A DNA stretch of 64,000 nucleotides from positions 128,001 through 192,000 of the forward strand of contig JAHQWJ010000014.1 of assembly GCA_029856125.1 (NCBI GenBank), in the 5' to 3' direction. Made by a program: the position numbers and the translations under genes. This document shows positions 19,401 to 30,216 of this stretch, piece by piece (positions within the stretch are counted from its first letter, which is position 1; every line of letters starts with the position of its first letter). The notes below the pieces were generated by a model, which worked only from the letters and a program-made list of their open reading frames with translations, was not told where the DNA came from and searched no databases. This DNA is from Promethearchaeia archaeon. GTDB taxonomy: Archaea > Asgardarchaeota > Lokiarchaeia > Sigyniarchaeales > SOKP01.

Positions 19401-20786
19401 ATGATTAAAATGTCGTTAGATATAAATAACGAAGAAATTGAAGTCGAAACTACAACATCTAAGCGTAACGTGTTTTACTGGAGTATGTACGACCTTGCAA
19501 ATACGATTTTTTCTATGATTATTGTTAGTCTAATCATTAACCGCTATATACTGGTGATAGGTCAACTCGAATACAGTATGTCTTATGGTGGTGCTAACTT
19601 TCTCTTTGGTGTAGCTGCCTTTGTTATGCAGATAGGAATAGCAATCTGCATCCCTTTTTTAGGAGCGCTCAGTGATAATGTGGGAAAGAGAAAACCTTTT
19701 GTTATCAGCTTAACAGGAATTATCCTTCTTTTTGCAAGTTTACTTGGATTTTCTCACGATCTTACGATGGTTTTCTTGTTTTACATCATTGCAAATGTCG
19801 CTTATCAATTTAGTTTATTGTTCTATGATGCGATGCTTCCATTTATTGCTAAAAGAGGAGATATTGGAAAAGTTGCCGGATTTGGAGTTGCTTGGGGCTA
19901 TTTTGGCACGATCATTTCTCTCTTTATTATGTTGCCTTTAATAGCAAATGATATAAATTCTGATCCTTTACAGGGGCCTGTAGTATATGGTTATACAGGT
20001 AGTTGGTTCACATTTGTTCTACCCATGATTCTATTCTTAGTTTTTGCAATTCCGTTTATTTTTGTTCGTGAAAAGCAGAAAAAAGGTAAAAGACCTCCTG
20101 TAGGCCAATTAATCGGTAATACTTTTAAGCAGTTACGTAGTACATTTAGAGACATCAGAAAACATAGATCGATGTTGATCTTTATTATAGGTTATTTTTT
20201 TGTTGCTGACATTGCTAATGTTATAGTTATATATATGACACCAATTGTTACCGATGGATTAATTCTTGGAGGTGGAACAACAACATGGGCTATACTTTTT
20301 ATAATAATTGCCACATTTTCAGCTGTTGTCTTTACTTACTTTATTGGAAAATTCGGCGAAAAATACGGTGCAAAGAAAACCTTTTACCTTGTAGGCGCCT
20401 TATGGGGTTTTGCGTTAACAGTTGGGATTGTATTAATTTTTACAACATCATCTATTGACGTTGGTGCAAATCTCCCGTTTATATTTAGTATTATTATGGG
20501 AATGGTAGCGGGTGCAGCTTTGGGTGGAACATGGACAGCACAACGAATTATGGTAGTAGAGCTTGCTCCTAAAGAAAAGTTTGGAGAGTTTTTTGGATTT
20601 TCTAAGCTAAGCGGAAAACTCTCTTCTGCAATAGGTCCATTTATTTGGGGCACTGTTATGATAACTTACGATGTAATAGGCAAAGCGGCATATGGTTGGG
20701 CAATGATCTCTGTAGGTATTATATTAGCATTAGGCATCTTTATCCTAAGTTTCATCCAAAAAGAATCGTCGCAAGAAAATACTTAA
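19401..20786 (+). CDS. MFS transporter, UMF1/Atg22-like
   Basis: WSMYDLAN, FYDAMLP, EFFGF...GKLS. Confidence 0.88.
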   Translation: MIKMSLDINNEEIEVETTTSKRNVFYWSMYDLANTIFSMIIVSLIINRYILVIGQLEYSMSYGGANFLFGVAAFVMQIGIAICIPFLGALSDNVGKRKPFVISLTGIILLFASLLGFSHDLTMVFLFYIIANVAYQFSLLFYDAMLPFIAKRGDIGKVAGFGVAWGYFGTIISLFIMLPLIANDINSDPLQGPVVYGYTGSWFTFVLPMILFLVFAIPFIFVREKQKKGKRPPVGQLIGNTFKQLRSTFRDIRKHRSMLIFIIGYFFVADIANVIVIYMTPIVTDGLILGGGTTTWAILFIIIATFSAVVFTYFIGKFGEKYGAKKTFYLVGALWGFALTVGIVLIFTTSSIDVGANLPFIFSIIMGMVAGAALGGTWTAQRIMVVELAPKEKFGEFFGFSKLSGKLSSAIGPFIWGTVMITYDVIGKAAYGWAMISVGIILALGIFILSFIQKESSQENT

Positions 20787-20914
20787 TTACTATTTTTTTT
20801 TTATTTTTTAAAGTAAAGAAAATAAAGCTTTAACTCAGCAGATACTAAAAAAATAATAAGAAAAAAAAACCTACAAGGTTAATCTTAATTTTAATAAGAG
20901 AATAAATAATATTC

Positions 20915-22069
20915 TTAAACTTTCCCTTTTTCGGGGATAATGTTAACACGTCTATGAGGGCCTTTAATCAAGGATATCGCATTTTCAGGACACAAATAAG
21001 CGCATACGCCACATCCGATACATTCTTCTTCAACTTTTTCGGCAATTCCGTGCTCATTTATTTCTAATACTTGATTAAAACATTTTTCGACACATGTGCC
21101 ACACCCCCTGCACAAATCTTGATCAATATCAACTGTGAAACTAGCTATATTAACATTAGGATATGTTACAGAAACTTTACTAGTTGAGCAGCAACAGCTG
21201 CAACAATTGCAGATTGCTACTTCATCTTTACTTAAATCTGAATTTAGGTGATAAACCTTATGAACCAATCCTGCATCTTCAATGTCTTTTAAAATTTTTA
21301 ACGCTTCTGCTTTAGAGATAAGCCTAGTGAAACCATGTTTAGTTGTATGCCTTGCGCTTTTACCTAGAGTAAAACAGCTTTCTCCAGGAGGGTTTTGTTC
21401 ACATGTATGTCCTAAGAAATCTTCTTTTTGTCGGCAATAACATTGACCAACTGCTATATCGTCAAATTTTTCTATGAGTTCTTTTATATCTTGTGTAGTT
21501 ATAATCTGTTCTTCAGGAACTTCTAGTTCTTCATTGACAATTATTTTAATGTCTTCACCAGTTTCTTTATTTTCTCTAATAGGAACTGTTCGATCCTGTG
21601 CTGGCATGCCTTTCACCATATTGGGAAGATTATCGTAATCATCTTGAGCTATAGCAGCTAATTTTTTTTCTGATTCGTTGAATAAACGCGCTAATTCTAT
21701 ATATTCGTCTGTTTTTTCCAGCCTTTTCATGAAAGTATATTCAAACTGTCGATAAATGGGCGCTAATCGAAAGACCACTACACCGTGACGATTGGGTTGG
21801 TCAAACATTACACCACGTTTCGCTAGCTGATCAACTTTTTTCAAAATTTCTTCTTCAGAGTAAGTCTTCTCGCAATATTTTGCGATGCTCTCCTTTAACT
21901 GTTCCATTGTTTGAGATATATTTTTTTTAAATGCCACTAAAAAATCTAGATTGTCTTCCGATATGGAGTATTTTAAAATTTCTATGACACTATCTGTCAG
22001 AATATATGGTCCAGCTTTATTTAGTATATTACCAATTTGTTTATATTTCGCATTAATTTCATTCGACAT
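20915..22069 (-). CDS. 4Fe-4S cluster-binding protein
   Basis: CYCR, ICNCCSCCC, and two ferredoxin motifs CRGCGTCVEKC / CIGCGVCAYLCP. Confidence 0.9.
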   Translation of the reverse strand: MSNEINAKYKQIGNILNKAGPYILTDSVIEILKYSISEDNLDFLVAFKKNISQTMEQLKESIAKYCEKTYSEEEILKKVDQLAKRGVMFDQPNRHGVVVFRLAPIYRQFEYTFMKRLEKTDEYIELARLFNESEKKLAAIAQDDYDNLPNMVKGMPAQDRTVPIRENKETGEDIKIIVNEELEVPEEQIITTQDIKELIEKFDDIAVGQCYCRQKEDFLGHTCEQNPPGESCFTLGKSARHTTKHGFTRLISKAEALKILKDIEDAGLVHKVYHLNSDLSKDEVAICNCCSCCCSTSKVSVTYPNVNIASFTVDIDQDLCRGCGTCVEKCFNQVLEINEHGIAEKVEEECIGCGVCAYLCPENAISLIKGPHRRVNIIPEKGKV

Positions 22070-22146
22070 AATATTTTCACTGAGTTTTATTTCAATAATA
22101 CTTGATGTTATAAGTAAAAATAAAGAAAAAAAATATTAGAAAATAC

Positions 22147-23334
22147 CTAAATTATATCTAACTTCTTACCAACTTTTTCGATTGAACTTAAAGCTGTGTT
22201 CAAATCATCTTTAGTAAGTAAGGCGTTCATTTGCACTCTTATTCTTGAGAGTTCTCGGGCGACCATTGGAAAGACTATTGGTGTGCCATAGATATTTTCT
22301 TCTTCGAATAAGATTCTTGCGAGTTCTTGAGCTTTACCAGGATCGCCAATAATCAAAGGAATGATTGGTGTTTCTGATCTACCAGTGTCGTATCCCATAC
22401 TTTGAACTTCTTTCTTGAAATAGTTAGTATGTTCCCAGACTGATTTAAAGTGTTGAGGTTCGTTTTCAACAACTTCTATTGAAGCGATGTTAGCTGCTAC
22501 TATTCCAGGTGGATGCGCTGTGCTTAACAAATAGGTTCTACTTTTGTTCGTACAGAATTCAATTAAGTCTTTAGAACCAGCAACGGTACCACCAAAAACT
22601 CCGAAACCTTTGCTCATTGAGCCTCCTTCCACGTGAACTTTTCCTTGCAAATTAAAATGTGCTACTATACCTTTACCTTTCCCAAGAATACCTTCACCAT
22701 GGCAATCGTCTACAAAAACCATCGCTCCAAAGTCTTCTGCTACATTAACGATCTTATCTAATGGAGCCATGTCACCATCCATACTAAAGACTCCATCGGT
22801 AATGATGCAAATTCTTCTAGCTCCACCTTTTTCAGCTTCTTTTAATTGTTTTTCTAAATCTGAAATATCTCTATGTTTATAAATAACGCGCTTCGCACCA
22901 GACAATCTAACACCATCAATAATAGACCCATGGTTTAATTCGTCTGAGACAACTATATCAGGCTTTCCAACCAACATAGGAATTACTCCTGAATTAACTG
23001 CAAATCCCGTCTGACATAAGAGTGACGCTTCTACTTCTTTATATTTAGCAAATTTTTCTTGAAATTCACGGGTTAAATCAAAACTCCCAGCAATTACTGG
23101 AACTGCTCCTGCCCCTGCTCCATATTTTTTAGTAGCGTCAATTGCTGCCTGAATAATTTTTGGATGCGTAGCTAATCCCAAATAATTATTTGTATTAAGC
23201 ATCAATACTTCTTTTCCATTTACAACACAGTGTGGCTTAGAACCGCCTTCTAAATATCGAATAACCCATTCAAGATTGTTACCTCTCAATTCGGTCATAT
23301 CCTCCTTAAGAAAAGCAACTGGATCTCTCTTCAT
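22147..23334 (-). CDS. kbl: Glycine C-acetyltransferase (2-amino-3-ketobutyrate CoA ligase)
   Basis: NNYLGL, SDELNHGSIIDG, TDGVFSMDGD, DDCHG, PLP Lys in SMSKG; divergent from tdh. Confidence 0.9.
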   Translation of the reverse strand: MKRDPVAFLKEDMTELRGNNLEWVIRYLEGGSKPHCVVNGKEVLMLNTNNYLGLATHPKIIQAAIDATKKYGAGAGAVPVIAGSFDLTREFQEKFAKYKEVEASLLCQTGFAVNSGVIPMLVGKPDIVVSDELNHGSIIDGVRLSGAKRVIYKHRDISDLEKQLKEAEKGGARRICIITDGVFSMDGDMAPLDKIVNVAEDFGAMVFVDDCHGEGILGKGKGIVAHFNLQGKVHVEGGSMSKGFGVFGGTVAGSKDLIEFCTNKSRTYLLSTAHPPGIVAANIASIEVVENEPQHFKSVWEHTNYFKKEVQSMGYDTGRSETPIIPLIIGDPGKAQELARILFEEENIYGTPIVFPMVARELSRIRVQMNALLTKDDLNTALSSIEKVGKKLDII

Positions 23335-23522
23335 ATCTTCATATCACCTTAAATTTTTTTGAAACATGTGTAAATTAATAAATTAAGTCTATTTAGAAAA
23401 CTATATTAGTTTTTGCTATAATAAATAAAAGGGGTTCAAAGTGGGAGAAAAATGGATAAAGCTTTTTTAATTGGGTGAATTATGAATGTCATTATATTTA
23501 CTCAGAATTATGAATATGAAAA

Positions 23523-24479
23523 TTGATGAATATGAGTAGAAAAATACTTGTTATTGGTTCGGCCGGACAGATAGGATCTGAACTCGTTCCAGCGTTAAGA
23601 CAAAAATATGGCGGAGAAAACGTAATAGCTACTGGGAGAAGAACTCCACTTCCCGATGCTATTAAAAAATCGGGACCTGTAATATACTTGGACATTTTAG
23701 ATAAGAATTCGATAGCTAAAGCAATCTTTGAGTATGAAATAGATACAATCTTTCACATGGCTTCTATTTTATCAGCAACTGGAGAAAAAATACCTCAAAC
23801 AGCTTGGGATATAAACCTAAACGGCTTAATTAACGTATTGGAAGTTGCGAGAAGTTACAATATTGATAGAGTCATTTGGCCTAGCTCGATAGCTGCTTTT
23901 GGTCCTACAACACCCCGAGAAAATACGCCTAATATTACGGTGCTGCAACCTACTACTATGTATGGTATAACTAAAGTAGCAGGAGAGCTCTTAGCAGAAT
24001 ATTATTACAATAAATACAGTCTTGATATAAGATCCATAAGATTACCCGGAATAATAAGCAGTGAAACCTTACCCGGAGGTGGAACCACGGACTACGCCGT
24101 AGAGATCTTCTACGAGGCTATTAAAAATAAGCAATATACTTGCTTTTTAAAGGAGGATACTGTTCTGCCTATGTTATACATGCCAGATTGTAACAAATGT
24201 ATGATAGATCTTTTAGAAGCAGATAATTCAAAACTAAAGCGTCGAGTTTATAATTTAACGGGGATAAGTTTTTCTGCCGGTGAGATCGCAGCAGAGATTA
24301 AGAAACATATTCCTGAATTTAAGATCGAATATAAGGCAGATTTCAGGCAAGCAATAGCCGATTCTTGGCCGAAGACAATTGACGATTCGCTTGCTCGAGA
24401 AGAATGGGGCTGGAACCCTGAGTACGATCTTGAATCTATGACAAAAGATATGATCGATATTTTAAGTAAAAGATTGTAA
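23523..24479 (+). CDS. tdh: L-threonine 3-dehydrogenase, SDR type
   Basis: GSAGQIGSEL, LSATGE, PSSIAAFG, YGITK, PGGGTTDYA, RQAIADSWP. Confidence 0.92.
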   Translation: MMNMSRKILVIGSAGQIGSELVPALRQKYGGENVIATGRRTPLPDAIKKSGPVIYLDILDKNSIAKAIFEYEIDTIFHMASILSATGEKIPQTAWDINLNGLINVLEVARSYNIDRVIWPSSIAAFGPTTPRENTPNITVLQPTTMYGITKVAGELLAEYYYNKYSLDIRSIRLPGIISSETLPGGGTTDYAVEIFYEAIKNKQYTCFLKEDTVLPMLYMPDCNKCMIDLLEADNSKLKRRVYNLTGISFSAGEIAAEIKKHIPEFKIEYKADFRQAIADSWPKTIDDSLAREEWGWNPEYDLESMTKDMIDILSKRL

Positions 24480-24546
24480 AAATTATAAATCATAATTCCT
24501 ATTTTCTTTTTGATAATTTAATAGATTTACAAGTGAATTTTGCTAA

Positions 24547-25329
24547 GTGAGATATGTAATGAAAATTGTATTTCATAAAAGATATTATAATTCAAATTAC
24601 GCTATGGACCCAGCAGCAGCTCCCGGGCGTTTAGAAGGTATAATCGAAATCCTATCGAAAAATGAAGATTGTAAGTTTATCGAACCAAAGCCAGGTACAG
24701 AAGATGACATCTTAAGGGCTCACACTGAACGGCATTTCAATTATGTTAAACGAGATTCTTTATTGTTAGAACTTGCTTCACTTGCAGCTGGAGGAGCTAT
24801 TTTAGCGGCAGAAGAGGCTTATGGTGGTAATCCTACTTTTGCTGTAATTCGACCTCCTGGCCATCACGCATCAACAGACTCTTGCTGGGGCTTCTGTTAC
24901 TTCAATAATATAAGTATAAGCCTACTAAAACTGTTCTCAGAGGAGAAAATTAAATCTGCGTTCGTTCTAGACTTCGATTTACACACAGGTGATGGTAACA
25001 TCAATATTTTAACCTTTAGAGATAGCGAATTTCGAGTTAAAATTCTCAATCCCGATTCAAGCGGAAGAACAAGCTATCTTAAAGAAGTTCAAAACTATTT
25101 GGAAGAATTAGATAATATTGATATTTTTGTGGCTTCAGCTGGTTTTGATCAAGGAATTGAAGATTGGGGCCATCTCCTTTATCCTGAAGACTATGAAGAG
25201 TTAGGAAAATTGATGAAAATATATTCTGAGAAGTTATGTAAAGGGCGGAGATATGCGCTTTTAGAAGGTGGTTATAATCACGAGGTATTGCCTATAAATG
25301 TGAATTCCTTCTGTCAAGGATTTAAATGA
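24547..25329 (+). CDS. Histone deacetylase family (Zn-dependent) protein
   Basis: RPPGHHA, GFCYFNN, DFDLHTGDG, SAGFD, LEGGY. Confidence 0.93.
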   Translation: MRYVMKIVFHKRYYNSNYAMDPAAAPGRLEGIIEILSKNEDCKFIEPKPGTEDDILRAHTERHFNYVKRDSLLLELASLAAGGAILAAEEAYGGNPTFAVIRPPGHHASTDSCWGFCYFNNISISLLKLFSEEKIKSAFVLDFDLHTGDGNINILTFRDSEFRVKILNPDSSGRTSYLKEVQNYLEELDNIDIFVASAGFDQGIEDWGHLLYPEDYEELGKLMKIYSEKLCKGRRYALLEGGYNHEVLPINVNSFCQGFK

Positions 25330-25358
25330 AGATAGAGCTGTTAATAAAAAACTGGAAA

Positions 25359-25607
25359 TTAAAGCTTTTTATCTTTTATTTTCTTGAAAGCAACTACAAC
25401 TATTATAAAAGTAGGAATGTTCATAGCTAACAATAGTAATAAGTCCACGATAGTCAAAGGTTGATATACTGGTGGATCTGTAAGCCCGATAGCATTAGGA
25501 GGCAACCATCCTGCAACTAAAAGAAGTCCAATTATTACTTGCATTAAAAAAAAGCCCAAATACCCAACAAATGGTAGAAATTTTATACTTTTGTCTAGTT
25601 TTGTCAT
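25359..25607 (-). CDS. Small 2-TM membrane protein
   Basis: 82-aa ORF with GGAGG SD; 17 bp downstream of the preceding gene. Confidence 0.7.
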   Translation of the reverse strand: MTKLDKSIKFLPFVGYLGFFLMQVIIGLLLVAGWLPPNAIGLTDPPVYQPLTIVDLLLLLAMNIPTFIIVVVAFKKIKDKKL

Positions 25608-25624
25608 AGTTTATCCCTCCATAC

Positions 25625-26380
25625 CTAATTCAACCACGGCCACCATGATAAATCGTTCCCTTTAAATGGCGTTAATAAAATTGCACAAATTATGATGATC
25701 CCAATCACAAACAGTAACGGTAAGAAAACTAATATAAAATATACTCCATTTGTTTTTATTGACGACCTTGTTTCATGTCGGGGGGCATATTTTTCCCAAT
25801 ACCATATAAAATAATAATTAAATGAAACGACAAGCAGGAAAAACCCAATGAAATTGGTTACAGGTACTTGGAGAAACCAAAAAGCATCTTCTTTTACATT
25901 TAGCCAAATCCAGGCATATCTTCTAATAACGATTGGGTCAATTACGAAATCTATGGAGGTTCCCATCCATCCCGCAAGTAATAATTTCTTTAAAAGAGCT
26001 TTATTTGATTCGTTCGAAACGACCATTTCAGCTATTTGAAACGAACCGTATGTCAATATAAACCATGCACTCAAAACTACAAGGGGAATAGCTCCGATCC
26101 AGAACATGTAGGAATGAAAATTGTAATAATATGTTGGACCACCAAAGAGGTAGAAATAACCTTGAATGACCATGAAATTTTCTTCTATACCCGTTAAAAG
26201 AAATCCACCTAAGAAGAAAAGTATTATTTTTTTCCTTCCATATTTTTTATATCCATGGTAAATTAACAGCGCGACAAGTAGATAAGTAAATATTTCTATT
26301 ATATTTCCCAAACGAAAGCTATCTAAATACTTGATAAAGCTAAATAACTTTTCGTAAAAAAGCGGATCGTAATCTGCCAT
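25625..26380 (-). CDS. DUF422/CruF-like membrane protein (carotenoid biosynthesis family)
   Basis: IPL...W, D..IDP, W.W and VP.TNF.G motifs. Confidence 0.75.
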   Translation of the reverse strand: MADYDPLFYEKLFSFIKYLDSFRLGNIIEIFTYLLVALLIYHGYKKYGRKKIILFFLGGFLLTGIEENFMVIQGYFYLFGGPTYYYNFHSYMFWIGAIPLVVLSAWFILTYGSFQIAEMVVSNESNKALLKKLLLAGWMGTSIDFVIDPIVIRRYAWIWLNVKEDAFWFLQVPVTNFIGFFLLVVSFNYYFIWYWEKYAPRHETRSSIKTNGVYFILVFLPLLFVIGIIIICAILLTPFKGNDLSWWPWLN

Positions 26381-26479
26381 TATAATTTTTAAAATGTTTT
26401 AAATTTCACTTAAACAAAGTTCGCTCTATTTATTTATAAATATTTTGGATAAAAATGATAAAAAAAAAATAGTTTAGAT

Positions 26480-27106
26480 TTAAAAGTTCTTTGATTTTCC
26501 TTTCATATCGAAATTAGCTACAACACCGCTTCTATTCTTAAACTCCCAATTTCTATCAAAATCTTTATAGTTCCAGAAATGAGTGTTGCATATTTTTAAA
26601 TCTGAAAGATATATACCAAATGGAGAATTTTCAAGTCTTTGAGGATTTTTTCCATCGAGTCCTGGAGTATAGGATAATTTCATTTCCCCGTAAGGCATAG
26701 TAACGTGGAAAGTATTTCCTTCTTGATTAAAATTAATATCCACATATTTTATCCCTAATACTTTCGATAGAATCATGCCACCTGGAATTCTATTTGTAAA
26801 AAAAGGTTCCAAGTATCTTCTTTGTTCTTCAGTAGTTTTATTGCTAAGATATACTCCTCCTTCTCCACCTTTCGTCAACACATCAGCGGCTTTATTAGAA
26901 TATAAATCAACTACATGAATCGCTAATACGCCTCCGATATCCACATCTCCTATTTTTCCTTCTTCAATTTGATATAATTGAAATGATTTACAAGGAGTGT
27001 CTCTGTCTCTTCCAAAATAATAAGAGCAATGCCCTTCTGATGCGCATGCTTCATGCCATACGCCTTTCATACTCCAACCAATTCTTTCTTTTGTTTCTTT
27101 AGACAA
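26480..27106 (-). CDS. DUF1326-like protein with a degenerate Cys motif
   Basis: W..KG...EAC....C, IEEG..GDVD.GG, ..EEQR..LE. Confidence 0.65.
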   Translation of the reverse strand: MSKETKERIGWSMKGVWHEACASEGHCSYYFGRDRDTPCKSFQLYQIEEGKIGDVDIGGVLAIHVVDLYSNKAADVLTKGGEGGVYLSNKTTEEQRRYLEPFFTNRIPGGMILSKVLGIKYVDINFNQEGNTFHVTMPYGEMKLSYTPGLDGKNPQRLENSPFGIYLSDLKICNTHFWNYKDFDRNWEFKNRSGVVANFDMKGKSKNF

Positions 27107-27359
27107 TATTTCTTCCCTCTATTTATACAAAAATAATACAAAATTATACTAAATATAATTTATAAAATGGAAAATAAAATTTTTCAAGAGAAAAGAACTT
27201 AAAATCATATTTAAAATTATTGACACCATTGTCTAATGATAAGTTTTAACCAATAGAGTAGAGATATTTGAAATTATTTCTCAGAATGAAATTATTGAAT
27301 TATTCTTGTTTCAATGAAGAACGAGTTCGATAGAACTCTTTATATAAATAAATATTAAA

Positions 27360-28682
27360 TTAATTGATTTGATAAAAATGTTCTTCAAATTCAGGCTTGC
27401 CTTGATACTTTTGCATGAAGATTAACGGGGCCTTTTCGAGATTCTTAAAAAGATACGAAGGTGCTCTGATTCCTGCTTGCCTTAGAGCGTCTTGTATTCT
27501 ATCAACTTCAGGGGGGCATCCATCAATTGCGATCAATTCTTTGATATTTGGATGGTCCTTTTGCTTATTGATTATGCATTGTCCAAGTAATATTGTTTTA
27601 TTCATCCCCTCAGAAGGTTCCATGATTTTTCCGGTAAGAACTTCTATATTGTCAAAATCCTTACCCTTCCACGCTGATTTAATTGCTACTAGTAAAACTG
27701 CATTGTAAAAACTGCAATAAGTACACATAGTATCATCGTATTTACGATACCTTAGCCCCCCAATACCTGCTTTTGCGTAAGAAAGAGGTAATGTATTATT
27801 ATTTTTGTAGATATAGTCCCATCCATGAGGCACGGCAAGATCTTCTATACTTTCTCCTATAACCTCAATTTCTGATAAATCTACCGGACGATTTCTATCC
27901 TTAGCTGCCTGGACTAAATGGGGAACAGCAGTAGGAGCTATACCTAGTAAACTAGAACCCACCATATCTGCGGAGAGCATGTTATTGGAAGCGACTATAA
28001 TATCGCTTCTATGAGCTTTACCATCAAAAGATGGACCTCGTTCAAGCGTGTAAATCCCGTCAATGATTGTAAGGCCAGGAGGTGCTTTATCTGCAAGGTG
28101 TGACACATTATAATGTAAGGTGTATTTGGGATCGTCACCATGGAACTTTTTACGCGATGGAATATTTATCAAGCCTTTTAGATTTTTTAATCCTAAACTA
28201 ACAACGCATTGTGCGTGAGTTTTAAGAACAGGAACATCAATTAAAAAATCTGAATGAAGCATATCTGCATTCATTTTTGCGGATACCCCTTCTGCTAACT
28301 CTACTTTTTCAAAAGGTCGTTGAAAAATATCGTATACTTTAACACCATATCGTTCCTTAAAAATATTATATCCAAGCTTTTCGAATGCGTCCTTAGCTGT
28401 TTCTCTATCTTTTGGGCTTTCAGTAACTATTCCTTCTCCGATGGTAATGTCGGTTACACCATGTTCTTTTAACAATATTAAAATTTCCTCCATTACGCTC
28501 GAAGTTGTTAGCATACCCCATTTAGGAAAGTCACAATGCCTATTCCAATAAACCAAATTAGGTTTTATGAAAACTTTTGCGTTAGGATCAAGTTTTTCAA
28601 ATCCATTTACAAGTTTGACAGCTTTCCGAACAGAATCTTTTTCCTTTTCATATTTTACTATAGATACTATCGATTTGCTCAT
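27360..28682 (-). CDS. DUF362 Fe-S protein, paralog 1
   Basis: IKPN, PVLKTH, LGLKNLKG, IIDG; C-terminal CTYC...GQC...GCPP. Confidence 0.9.
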   Translation of the reverse strand: MSKSIVSIVKYEKEKDSVRKAVKLVNGFEKLDPNAKVFIKPNLVYWNRHCDFPKWGMLTTSSVMEEILILLKEHGVTDITIGEGIVTESPKDRETAKDAFEKLGYNIFKERYGVKVYDIFQRPFEKVELAEGVSAKMNADMLHSDFLIDVPVLKTHAQCVVSLGLKNLKGLINIPSRKKFHGDDPKYTLHYNVSHLADKAPPGLTIIDGIYTLERGPSFDGKAHRSDIIVASNNMLSADMVGSSLLGIAPTAVPHLVQAAKDRNRPVDLSEIEVIGESIEDLAVPHGWDYIYKNNNTLPLSYAKAGIGGLRYRKYDDTMCTYCSFYNAVLLVAIKSAWKGKDFDNIEVLTGKIMEPSEGMNKTILLGQCIINKQKDHPNIKELIAIDGCPPEVDRIQDALRQAGIRAPSYLFKNLEKAPLIFMQKYQGKPEFEEHFYQIN

Positions 28683-28724
28683 AAATTTACATCTTTTCTT
28701 TAATTAAAAATTATTAGGAAAATT

Positions 28725-28744
28725 AATATTAACTATTTTAAAAA
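28725..28744 (-). promoter_or_regulatory. Conserved promoter element TTTTTAAAATAGTTAATATT of DUF362 paralog 1
   Basis: An identical 20-mer lies at the same 43-nt distance from the ATG of both paralogs; contains a TATA-like box. Confidence 0.65.
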
Positions 28745-28843
28745 GTAATTTATTTTTGGAAATTTTACATCATATTACCAATAATGTGAACTCCTTTTGT
28801 CAAAGATTTAAATAACTAAATTTGATATTAAAAAAAGAAAAAG

Positions 28844-30154
28844 CTATTTTAATTTGTAGAATGACTCTTCAAATTCAGATTTACCTTTGTATTTTTGTAA
28901 AAAGATGATGCCCCCGGCATCCTCGTTTCCTTCTTGAAATGTAAGAGGATTAACCTTTATTCCACATATTTCAAAAGCATTTTTAATATCTTCCATTGAA
29001 GGTGGGCACCCTCTAATAGGCACTAGTTCATTGATATTAGGATGATCTCTATTTTTCTTATATTGACATTGACCAACTAGGATTGTTTTATTCATGCCGG
29101 CCGAAGGTTCCATAATTTTTCCTGTTAGAAATTCGATACCACCAAATGTATCCCCATTCCATGCATTTCTTAGTAGTACTAATAATAAACCATTAATCAT
29201 ACTACAGTAGGTACACATGGTGGAGTCATATCGTCTGTATTTTAATCCTTTAAATTGTCTAGTATAGAAAGGAAGCGGTAAATCCCCAGCTTCATTATAT
29301 ATAAACTCCCATTCGTGATGGGAAGCTAAGGCTTCGATTTTTTCTCCGACAACCTCAATCTCTGATAAACTTGTCGATCTATCTTTATCTTTAGCAGCTT
29401 GGACCAAGTGTGGTACATCTGAAGGATCAATACCTAACATTTTTGCACCTACCATATCAGCCGATAAAATATCTTTAGATGCGATTAATACATTTGTTTT
29501 GTGAGCTTTTCCATCCATCGAAGGACCACGTTCTAGCGTATAAATTCCATCAATAAGAGTTAAACACGGAGGAATATTATTTGGAAGTTTTGCAACGTTG
29601 AAGTGGAGGGTTTTTATAGGATCAGCACTATGAAATTTCTTTCGAGATGCAATATTAATAAATCCTTTAAGATTTTTCATCCCCAAACTTACTACTGCTT
29701 GACTATGAGTTTTTAAAGTGGGTAAACTAATAATATAATCAGCGTTCAGCGCATCAGAGGCAAAATTAACAAGAAAATCACATCCCATATCTATTTTTTC
29801 ATATGGTCTATCATTAGTATTAATTAGTTTTACACCAAATCGCTCCTTTAATTTGCTATACCCTAATTTTTTGAAAGCGTCTTGAGCAGCTTCATTACTA
29901 ACAAAGCCCTCACCAATTGTTATGTCGTCAATTCCTTTTTCTTTTAAAAGAGTCACAACATCTTCCATAACCCTGGATGTAGTAATAACGCCCCATTTAG
30001 GATAAGGACCACTGCTCCAATAGACAATATTCGGTTTAATGAATATTTTTGCTTCTTTAGGCAAATCATCAAATAAATTGGATAACTCAACAACCTTACG
30101 TACGGATTCTAGAGGTTCTTCATATTTAACTACAGAAACTAAATTTTTACTCAT
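28844..30154 (-). CDS. DUF362 Fe-S protein, paralog 2
   Basis: Same motifs as 27360-28682; tandem duplicate. Confidence 0.9.
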   Translation of the reverse strand: MSKNLVSVVKYEEPLESVRKVVELSNLFDDLPKEAKIFIKPNIVYWSSGPYPKWGVITTSRVMEDVVTLLKEKGIDDITIGEGFVSNEAAQDAFKKLGYSKLKERFGVKLINTNDRPYEKIDMGCDFLVNFASDALNADYIISLPTLKTHSQAVVSLGMKNLKGFINIASRKKFHSADPIKTLHFNVAKLPNNIPPCLTLIDGIYTLERGPSMDGKAHKTNVLIASKDILSADMVGAKMLGIDPSDVPHLVQAAKDKDRSTSLSEIEVVGEKIEALASHHEWEFIYNEAGDLPLPFYTRQFKGLKYRRYDSTMCTYCSMINGLLLVLLRNAWNGDTFGGIEFLTGKIMEPSAGMNKTILVGQCQYKKNRDHPNINELVPIRGCPPSMEDIKNAFEICGIKVNPLTFQEGNEDAGGIIFLQKYKGKSEFEESFYKLK

Positions 30155-30196
30155 GTAATTACACCTTTTCTTATATTAAAAATAATTAGTGAATTG

Positions 30197-30216
30197 AATA
30201 TTAACTATTTTAAAAA
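30197..30216 (-). promoter_or_regulatory. Conserved promoter element of DUF362 paralog 2
   Basis: Identical to 28725-28744. Confidence 0.65.

Noticed and set aside
24547-25329. HDAC as evidence of histone deacetylation
   Set aside because: The family is widespread in prokaryotes as acetoin/polyamine/protein deacetylases; the substrate cannot be inferred
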